From positions 1 to 30,061 of IMG/VR virus record IMGVR_UViG_2675903378_000003: DNA of 30,061 nt; one strand, 5' to 3'. The notes beneath the pieces are model-generated. The model had not been told where the DNA came from. It saw only the letters and a program-made list of their open reading frames with translations, and did no database searches. The DNA is from a virus. Below are positions 24,376-30,061 of this stretch, piece after piece. The translations under genes were made by a program, and so were the position numbers. Numbering within the stretch: position 1 is the stretch's first letter; each line of letters begins with the position of its first letter.

Positions 24376-24997
24376 AAGCATCATCGGGCTTCGGGTGGGC
24401 AAGGTGGTTGTTGAAGCATTCTCCCACTGCGCCGGCAAGGCTTCCCATTGGGTTTGCCGTTGCGACTGCGGTAACCGAGTCATTATGCGCCGAGGAAATC
24501 TGATGAGAAACCGAACTACGACCAGTTGCGGTTGCTCTCGGTTTTCTCACGGGATGACCGGAACTCCAACGTACAGCTCATGGAGCAACATGATTGATCG
24601 CTGTACGAATCCCTCTAACAAGCGATATGTCGACTACCAAGGCAGAGGAATCACTGTTTGTGAAAGGTGGATGACGTTCGCCAACTTCCTGGCTGATATG
24701 GGCGAAAGGCCAGACGCCACCTCCCTTGATCGAATTGACAACGACGCAGGTTACTTCAAGGAAAACTGCCGCTGGGCAACTGCCTTAGAACAGATGAATA
24801 ACACTAGAAGAAACACCTTCGTTGAGTATCTAGGTAGGCGGCAAACAGTTTCTCAGTGGGCAGGCCAGCTTGGTATTCCCGAATGCACTCTGCGCAGCCG
24901 GCTAAATCGTGGTTGGTCGATTGAAGATGCAATGCAGAAGCCTATCAGCAAGCAGCGCCGGGAGTGCAAGCAGAAGAAGGGAAAGCGCCGTGGCTGA
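24365..24997 (+). CDS. HNH-like phage protein with N-terminal zinc-binding motif
   Basis: ATG at 24365; WVCRCDCGNRVIMRRGNLMRNRTTTSCGC ... TYSSWSNMIDRCTNPSNKRYVDYQGRGITVCERW ... SLDRIDNDAGYFKENCRWATALEQMNNTRRN. Confidence 0.7.
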   Translation: MDAESIIGLRVGKVVVEAFSHCAGKASHWVCRCDCGNRVIMRRGNLMRNRTTTSCGCSRFSHGMTGTPTYSSWSNMIDRCTNPSNKRYVDYQGRGITVCERWMTFANFLADMGERPDATSLDRIDNDAGYFKENCRWATALEQMNNTRRNTFVEYLGRRQTVSQWAGQLGIPECTLRSRLNRGWSIEDAMQKPISKQRRECKQKKGKRRG

Positions 24998-25577
24998 ACT
25001 CGCTCTCATCCGCACAGCCCAGGGCCTGGTCCCGGCGACCGAGGCAGATCGCGAAACCGTTCAGAAGTGGAAGGCCGGTCAGGTCGTCCATGGAAAATTC
25101 ACTCGGATGCGCAACGCCAAATTCCACGGGAAGTTCTTTGCGATGCTGGATTTGGCGTGGGAGTACTGGGAGCCGAAGGGCGGGCTGGTGCCCCGCCAGG
25201 AGATGCGTGGTATCCGCGGGCTTGCCAAGTACTTCGAGGATCTGAATGGCCGCCCTGGCCAGTTGCAGAACGCCGTCGCTGCGTATATCGCCAAGCTTGA
25301 GGCTGATCGCGCCGACCGCTTCCCCGCAGTCGAGAAGAGCCGCGAGGCTTTCCGGGAGTGGATAACCATCGAGGCCGGTCACTTCCACCTGATCCATACC
25401 CCGGATGGGGTTCGTAAGGAAGCCAAATCGATCAGTTGGGCCAGCATGGACGACTCGGCTTTTGAGCCCCTCTACCGGGATGTGTTCGCGGCCTGCTGGC
25501 GGCTGGTCCTTTCCTCTCACTTCGAAACCGAGGCTGACGCCATGGCGGCGGCTGATCAGATGGGGACTTTCGCATGA
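24990..25577 (+). CDS. DUF1367-like phage protein
   Basis: GTG start; VAELALIRTAQGLVPATEADRETVQKWKAGQVVHGKFTRMRNAKFHGKFFAMLDLAWEYWEPKGGLV... Confidence 0.75.
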   Translation: MAELALIRTAQGLVPATEADRETVQKWKAGQVVHGKFTRMRNAKFHGKFFAMLDLAWEYWEPKGGLVPRQEMRGIRGLAKYFEDLNGRPGQLQNAVAAYIAKLEADRADRFPAVEKSREAFREWITIEAGHFHLIHTPDGVRKEAKSISWASMDDSAFEPLYRDVFAACWRLVLSSHFETEADAMAAADQMGTFA

Positions 25578-25837
25578 GCAAGTTCAAGGCGGGCGACCTC
25601 GCTCTAAATCTGCAAGAAATCCCAAACTGCATCAGCGCTGGAGTGGTAGTCGAGTTGATATCTCGACTTTCCCCGGGTGATCTATTTGTCGAAGACGGCC
25701 AGACCTTTCTGGTGAATCGGGCAGCCTGGTGGGTGCTCCATGAAGGTGATCGGCTCTACATCCCTGAACGGTATCTCATGCCCCTCCGCGGCGACTTCCA
25801 GCCCGAGCAGCAGAAGGCGAAGGAGGAAATCGTATGA
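25574..25837 (+). CDS. Phage hypothetical protein
   Basis: MSKFKAGDLALNLQEIPNCISAGVVVELISRLSPGDLFVEDGQTFLVNRAAWWVLHEGDRLYIPERYLMPLRGDF...; ATGA overlaps. Confidence 0.7.
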   Translation: MSKFKAGDLALNLQEIPNCISAGVVVELISRLSPGDLFVEDGQTFLVNRAAWWVLHEGDRLYIPERYLMPLRGDFQPEQQKAKEEIV

Positions 25838-26043
25838 ATCCTCGCATTGGCGTTGCTCTGTGGGTTTTGGATCGCCATGAGTGGAACTGGAGGAAGCTGA
25901 ATGAGTACGCCTTCATCATGCGCAAGAAGCTGGCCGCGAAGGCCGTCGCACTGATCGCCCATGACCGCATCTTGACCGACGAAATCCTTACTCGCGGGCT
26001 TCCTTCCTACTGGGACAGAGAAGCGAAGGAGGTGAAGGCGTGA
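25834..26043 (+). CDS. Phage hypothetical protein
   Basis: 69 aa; ATGA overlap upstream and GTGA overlap downstream. Confidence 0.65.
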   Translation: MNPRIGVALWVLDRHEWNWRKLNEYAFIMRKKLAAKAVALIAHDRILTDEILTRGLPSYWDREAKEVKA

Positions 26044-26264
26044 ATACTTTTATTGGCATCTGCCTGGGCTTTTTCCTTTGCATGTTCTTGAACGCTGCCA
26101 TGCGCAACGAACGTGATAGCACCGATGCTCCTGGCGGACGCAGTGGAATGCGGCTGCACACTGACCACGCTACCGGCTTGCAGTATCTCAGTGTTCCAGG
26201 CGGGGGTATCACTCCGCGACTCGGGGTGGATGGGAAGCAAATGCGCGCGGATGGTGCCGAATGA
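26040..26264 (+). CDS. Membrane-anchored small protein with DUF6440-like C-terminus
   Basis: MNTFIGICLGFFLCMFLN...HTDHATGLQYLSVPGGGITPRLGVDGKQM. Confidence 0.55.
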   Translation: MNTFIGICLGFFLCMFLNAAMRNERDSTDAPGGRSGMRLHTDHATGLQYLSVPGGGITPRLGVDGKQMRADGAE

Positions 26265-26842
26265 CCCTTTCCGCCCGCCAGCCAAAACCCAAAAAGTGCC
26301 AGAACACCGAGTGCGGCGCCAAGTTCATCCCGCAGCGCCTTGGCCAGTGCGTGTGCTCTCCTGCCTGCGCCCTGGCCATCAAGGACAAGCACGCCAAGCC
26401 GGCACGGAAGGCCATCGCAGACCGCGAGCGGAGGGAGGTCAGGGTTCGGAAGGAGAAGTTGAAGAGTCGGTCGGATCACCTGCGCGAGGCTCAGCAGGTC
26501 TTCAACGAGTTCATCCGCCTACGCGACGCGGATCAGCCGTGCATCAGTTGTGGCCGCCACCACGATGGGCAGTATCACGCTGGGCACTACCGCACGGTTG
26601 CCGCCAGCCCCGAGCTGCGTTTCGAGCCGCTGAACGTCCACAAACAATGTGCCCCATGCAACAACCACAAGTCCGGCGACATAGTGAATTACCGAATCAA
26701 CTTGGTGCGCAAGATCGGCGCCGAGAAGGTCGAGTGGCTGGAAGGCCCTCATGATCCCCTGAAGCTGACCATCGACGAAATCAAAGCGCTTAAGGCCAAG
26801 TTCAGGGCCTGGGTGCGCGAACTGAAGAGGGCAACGGCATGA
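26261..26842 (+). CDS. ninG: NinG recombination protein
   Basis: KKCQNTECGAKFIPQRLGQCVCSPACALA ... AQQVFNEFIRLRDADQPCISCGRHHDGQYHAGHYRTVAASPELRFEPLNVHKQCAPCNNHKSGD. Confidence 0.92.
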   Translation: MTLSARQPKPKKCQNTECGAKFIPQRLGQCVCSPACALAIKDKHAKPARKAIADRERREVRVRKEKLKSRSDHLREAQQVFNEFIRLRDADQPCISCGRHHDGQYHAGHYRTVAASPELRFEPLNVHKQCAPCNNHKSGDIVNYRINLVRKIGAEKVEWLEGPHDPLKLTIDEIKALKAKFRAWVRELKRATA

Positions 26843-27174
26843 CCAAAGAAACTCTGACCATCGTTCTCTTCAGCATAGGGAGCGGTCTCATCGGTTATGC
26901 GATCGGTATTGCTGCCGCCTGGCTGGGAAACTGGTTCGCCGACGGTTATCACCCGCTGCTGCTGTCGAACATGGTCAGCACGCCAGGTGCTGAGGATGGT
27001 GAGCGCGCCAATGAATACCCCGATTATCTGGAGCCTCCGAGAGGCTGTTTCGGCATGTGCTGTGCCGGATGTGATGCTCGCTCGCAGGTCAACTCCAGGA
27101 GCAAAACAGTCAGCGAACAGACAGACCAATCTTACGTTTTAAACGCCGTGCTCAGCGCTCAAGGGGGCGAATGA
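26839..27174 (+). CDS. Phage membrane protein, hypothetical
   Basis: MTKETLTIVLFSIGSGLIGYAIGIAAAWLGNWFADGY...; ATGA overlaps. Confidence 0.6.
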   Translation: MTKETLTIVLFSIGSGLIGYAIGIAAAWLGNWFADGYHPLLLSNMVSTPGAEDGERANEYPDYLEPPRGCFGMCCAGCDARSQVNSRSKTVSEQTDQSYVLNAVLSAQGGE

Positions 27175-27752
27175 TGATCTACACCAGCATTCTGTCTGCG
27201 GTCGTCTCCGCCCTGGCGGCGGAAACCATCGACAACACTGCTAAGCAAGCTTGGCAGAAGCTCTACCAGCCGGGTTACGCCGACAGTGAGGGGTTGGCAG
27301 GACTGATCAGGGCCTCTAACAGTTCGGGAATCAAGCGCATCGATGCCGATTGCTGGGTGCATGCCAGGCTACACAGCCAGCTCAAGCCTCGGCACTGGAA
27401 CGCATTGGTGGCCAAGTACAGTACTCACCGTGAGAAGAAGAAGGCTGCAATCGAGACCCTTATTCCCCTGGTCGCGACTCCAGCGCCACGCAGGTTCCTT
27501 GGGATGGCTGTCTATACCTGGGCTATCCCTAAGCTGAAGGGCGCAGATGGCAAGCGCTCAACCGACATGATTATTCTCGATGCCGTGTTCTACGACATGA
27601 ACAACTGGGAGTCTGAGGGTCGTCCAGAGCAGACCAGGCGCCGTTGGCGCTCTGGAATTCATAGCGTCCTGAATGAAATGCTCAAAGAGGCAGAGGTTGC
27701 GGCTGGTGAAATCCTGATGGCGGAAGGAATCATCTTCGGCGAAGCAGCATAG
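27171..27752 (+). CDS. Candidate late antitermination protein (Q-analogue)
   Basis: 193 aa; downstream of ninG and immediately upstream of a promoter-plus-terminator segment. The function is inferred from position. Confidence 0.5.
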   Translation: MMIYTSILSAVVSALAAETIDNTAKQAWQKLYQPGYADSEGLAGLIRASNSSGIKRIDADCWVHARLHSQLKPRHWNALVAKYSTHREKKKAAIETLIPLVATPAPRRFLGMAVYTWAIPKLKGADGKRSTDMIILDAVFYDMNNWESEGRPEQTRRRWRSGIHSVLNEMLKEAEVAAGEILMAEGIIFGEAA

Positions 27753-27755
27753 GGC

Positions 27756-27784
27756 TTGCATTCAATGAGCGTTTGAGCGAATAT
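27756..27784 (+). promoter_or_regulatory. Candidate late promoter (pR'-like)
   Basis: TTGCAT (27756-27761), N17, GAATAT (27779-27784). Confidence 0.35.
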
Positions 27785-27831
27785 TTCCCCATCCTGTCGA
27801 TCTTGCGCGTTGTGAGGATCGGTGGCTCTGA

Positions 27832-27857
27832 AGCCCTGGCATCTGCCGGGGCTTTTT
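27832..27857 (+). terminator. Rho-independent terminator (tR'-like)
   Basis: AGCCCTGGC-ATCT-GCCGGGGCT followed by TTTTC. Confidence 0.75.
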
Positions 27858-27885
27858 CGTTTCCAGCCCAATGCGGAGTTCTGAA

Positions 27886-27984
27886 ATGTCTGCCGAATCG
27901 AAAGATGTTTGGCTGCTCAAGGGAATCGGCGGTGGCGCGCTGGTCCTGCTGCTCCTGGTTGGAGCGGCAGTGGTACTGATCTGA
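27886..27984 (+). CDS. Small membrane protein, 32 aa, absent from the supplied ORF track
   Basis: MSAESKDVWLLKGIGGGALVLLLLVGAAVVLI; GCGGAG upstream. Confidence 0.45.
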   Translation: MSAESKDVWLLKGIGGGALVLLLLVGAAVVLI

Positions 27985-27989
27985 ATCCT

Positions 27990-28318
27990 TCGGGTTGCGA
28001 CTACGCGGCCGGGATCGCCTTGGACACGCAGGCGTTAAAGTGAAGTGGGGGTCGGTGGAAGCCCGGCACGGAGTGAATGCGCAGGCTGATGCGCAAGGTT
28101 GCAGGGAGAACCCGTTAGGGAACTACCCGGTGAAAGGCCGGGTCGCTTGGCGGTTGTAGTACACACGCCCTGGGCTAACCGTAATGTCGGAGATCAGCGC
28201 CGGTCACTCCAAATCACGCATGCGGCAGAAGAAAGCAAGGGTCACCATTGGTGATCAAGGCGAAAGCCCCGGCTCCTTGCTCTGCGGGCGTGACGCCGGC
28301 TAGTCCGGCACCTATTCC
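27990..28318 (+). ncRNA. Candidate structured RNA upstream of the tRNA cluster
   Basis: About 330 nt with no supported ORF and several stable hairpins, including one with a GAAA loop (see findings). Confidence 0.45.
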
Positions 28319-28395
<77 letters not shown>

Positions 28396-28406
28396 ACTCG
28401 ATTCAA

Positions 28407-28481
28407 TGACGTGTTGCTCAGAGGTAGAGCGGTCGGCTGTTACCCGATTGGTCGATGGTTCGATCCCATCAGCGTCAGCCA
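28407..28481 (+). tRNA. tRNA-Asn (anticodon GTT)
   Basis: TGACGTG/AGCGTCA acceptor (last pair mismatched), GCTC/GAGC, loop CTGTTAC, GATGG-TTCGATC-CCATC, encoded CCA. Confidence 0.88.
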
Positions 28482-28485
28482 ATAA

Positions 28486-28561
28486 GCCGGTATGGCGCAA
28501 CAGGGAGCGCTGCTGATTTGTAATCAGAGGGTTGCGGGTTCGACTCCTGCTGCCGGCACCA
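28486..28561 (+). tRNA. tRNA-Thr (anticodon TGT)
   Basis: GCCGGTA/TGCCGGC acceptor, GCGC/GCGC, loop TTTGTAA, GCGGG-TTCGACT-CCTGC, encoded CCA. Confidence 0.92.
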
Positions 28562-28570
28562 CACTACAAG

Positions 28571-28596
28571 GCCCAGGCAATGACCTGGGCTTTTCT
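28571..28596 (+). terminator. Rho-independent terminator after the tRNA cluster
   Basis: GCCCAGG-CAATGA-CCTGGGC followed by TTTTCT. Confidence 0.85.
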
Positions 28597-28613
28597 GCAT
28601 CTGGAGTAAGCAA

Positions 28614-28946
28614 ATGGACCCGATGACGACCGTTGGCGGAGGTCTCTTCGCCAAGTACAGCGTCGCTATTGCCGGGTTCTGGGGGTCGATTCTGTCCCTT
28701 GGATTCCTGAGCGGCCTGAACCGCTGGCAAGCTGCGCTCGCTGTAGCAACCGGATTCGGGTGCTCAACCTATTGGACTGCTCCGGTTGCCGCATGGCTTT
28801 CGCGTGAGTACGAGATTCCGCTCGATGACGCATTTCTGAGTGGTGTCGCATTCACCATCGGTTTGCTGGCGATGAATATCATCCCCGGCCTGAAGGCGGC
28901 AGTAACGGCAATCACAGAGCGGTTCCTTCCTACGAGAGGAACCTGA
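28614..28946 (+). CDS. Holin-like membrane protein
   Basis: 110 aa with three hydrophobic segments; lysis-cassette position. Confidence 0.65.
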   Translation: MDPMTTVGGGLFAKYSVAIAGFWGSILSLGFLSGLNRWQAALAVATGFGCSTYWTAPVAAWLSREYEIPLDDAFLSGVAFTIGLLAMNIIPGLKAAVTAITERFLPTRGT

Positions 28947-28948
28947 TC

Positions 28949-29221
28949 ATGATCATGTCGATTCTGGCGGCGCTGGATGCGCTGCTGTGTGTGCTTGTCG
29001 TTGTAGCTGCTCTGGAGTTCCTGCGCACCGTCCAGTTGTCTGGGCAGCCGCTATTGGGTATCTCCTTCTACCTGGTGGCTGGTGGTGCATTCGGAATCCT
29101 GTACGGAATCATGAAGGGCGCACCGGTTAATCCATTTTCGGTGATCCTCCATGCTGGGCTCGTACTTTACGCCTGGTCCCGGCGCCGGCAGATATTCGGA
29201 AGCGACTGGTCGTGGAACTGA
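28949..29221 (+). CDS. Second small membrane protein, holin/antiholin-like
   Basis: 90 aa, three hydrophobic segments, starts 3 nt after the previous ORF. Confidence 0.6.
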   Translation: MIMSILAALDALLCVLVVVAALEFLRTVQLSGQPLLGISFYLVAGGAFGILYGIMKGAPVNPFSVILHAGLVLYAWSRRRQIFGSDWSWN

Positions 29222-29841
29222 AGCGACCTCACCCTCCAGAGACGATCGGGCAGTTCGCGGAAGGCGAAGACTGGGCGGACGCCTTTGTCCCCGCTCAGGA
29301 TGTTCTGGCTTGGGCGAAGTCAGTGTTAATCGATCCGAATGGAATCCTGGGCAATGAAGACCACGCCCACCTACAAGACGCTCCTCTCGCTTTCCTATGG
29401 GCCGCCTCCAGCTTCACCAAGCAGGGGAGGACGGTACTGGGTCAGTGCGAAGAGGTGACGTTCCGCTGTGGAGCCTGGCAGAAGGGAAGGCAGGAACAGC
29501 AGATGATCCGCTGGTTCGGATACCTGCCGAGGTTTCTGATCACCCTGGCTGCTGACTACTGCTCCCAGTGCTCCGACGCGGAGTTCTGCGCATTGGTCGA
29601 GCATGAGCTTTACCACATCTGCCAAGAGAACAACCAATACGGCGAGCCCAAGTTCACCGAGGAGGGCTTTCCAAAGCTGAAGCTCCGCGGGCATGACGTC
29701 GAGGAGTTCGTCGGCGTGGTGAGGCGATACGGCCCAAGCAAGGACGTGCAGCATCTCATCGACGCTGCTAGCAGGTCTCCAGAGGTGGCCAAAATCAACA
29801 TTTCGAGAGCCTGCGGTACGTGCCTGCTGAAGTCGGCATAG
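29212..29841 (+). CDS. Putative phage metallopeptidase
   Basis: GTG start; FCALVEHELYHICQENNQYGEPKF (HExxH) and LRGHDVEEFVGVVRRYG. Confidence 0.8.
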   Translation: MELKRPHPPETIGQFAEGEDWADAFVPAQDVLAWAKSVLIDPNGILGNEDHAHLQDAPLAFLWAASSFTKQGRTVLGQCEEVTFRCGAWQKGRQEQQMIRWFGYLPRFLITLAADYCSQCSDAEFCALVEHELYHICQENNQYGEPKFTEEGFPKLKLRGHDVEEFVGVVRRYGPSKDVQHLIDAASRSPEVAKINISRACGTCLLKSA

Positions 29842-29872
29842 CCACGACAGGCCCATGACAGGAAGAAAAACG

Positions 29873-30061
29873 ATGGCAACCCTGAACAGCGACGTGAAGG
29901 CGTTCATCGTTCAGGCGCTGGCCTGTTTCGATACGCCATCCCAGGTTGCGGAATCGGTCAAGAAGGAATTCGGCATCGAGGTCAGTCGGCAGCAGATCGA
30001 GTCGCACGACCCGAACAAGGTGTGCAGCAAGGGCCTCTTATACACATCTGACGCTGCCGAC
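29873..30061 (+). CDS. DUF2280-like phage protein, truncated; reading frame is adapter-derived from about 30035
   Basis: MATLNSDVKAFIVQALACFDTPSQVAESVKKEFGIEVSRQQIESHDPNKVCSKG then LLYTSDAAD. Confidence 0.8.
   Translation, partial: MATLNSDVKAFIVQALACFDTPSQVAESVKKEFGIEVSRQQIESHDPNKVCSKGLLYTSDAAD
30035..30061. other. Illumina Nextera/Tn5 adapter sequence at the contig end
   Basis: CTCTTATACACATCTGACGCTGCCGAC equals an internal stretch of CTGTCTCTTATACACATCTGACGCTGCCGACGA. Confidence 0.95.

Noticed and set aside
26113-26754. 213-aa plus-strand ORF overlapping ninG in another frame
   Set aside because: The ninG frame has the zinc and HNH-like motifs and correct junctions. The alternate frame is Arg/Pro-rich noise.
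27773-27979. 68-aa plus-strand ORF MSEYFPILSILRVVRIGG...
   Set aside because: Spans the predicted tR' terminator and lacks a good ribosome-binding site. The overlapping 32-aa ORF is a more plausible protein.
27990-28318. Group I or group II intron, or RNase P-like RNA, upstream of the tRNAs
   Set aside because: I looked for a split tRNA, group II domain 5, group I core motifs and RNase P conserved region I and found none by eye. A covariance-model search is needed before excluding these fully.
27990-28318. Fourth tRNA (Met) as in phage D3
   Set aside because: No GGTTCRA-type T arm or a CAT anticodon in a valid stem could be found in this interval.

Overview
The window covers the left junction and early half of a lambdoid (siphovirus-type) prophage in a high-GC Pseudomonas-like genome, most likely P. 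aeruginosa. The species is inferred from sequence character, not checked. From left to right: a host ABC-F ATPase gene (YbiT-like, minus strand); a tyrosine integrase whose stop codon lies 30 bp upstream of the ABC-F start codon; an excisionase-like gene; a long leftward (PL-type) early operon, mostly joined by 4-nt ATGA overlaps, containing many small unknown proteins, an RMF/CrpP-like protein, SSB, a YqaJ-type exonuclease, a RecT/Bet annealase, a coiled-coil protein and HNH/AP2-type ORFs; a putative lipoprotein moron; an S24-type CI repressor with recognisable operators and divergent promoters; a rightward operon (Cro-like, CII-like, T5orf172/GIY-YIG-like protein, O-like initiator with internal iterons, T7 gp4-like primase-helicase, TraR/DksA zinc finger, HNH-like ORF, DUF1367, NinG, candidate Q); a pR'-tR'-like segment; an unannotated GNRA-rich, probably structured RNA region; three tRNAs (Gly-TCC, Asn-GTT, Thr-TGT); a terminator; two holin-like genes; a putative metallopeptidase; and a truncated DUF2280-like ORF. 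The last 27 nt match the Illumina Nextera adapter, so the right edge is an artefactual contig end. The most interesting candidates are the structured RNA next to the tRNAs, two other hairpin-dense gaps in the left operon, a composite palindrome abutting the excisionase region, several unannotated 32-49 aa membrane miniproteins supported by overlaps or a Shine-Dalgarno sequence, the RMF-like and DksA/TraR-like proteins, and the cI-linked lipoprotein. All functional names come from motif and order recognition by eye. No database search was run.
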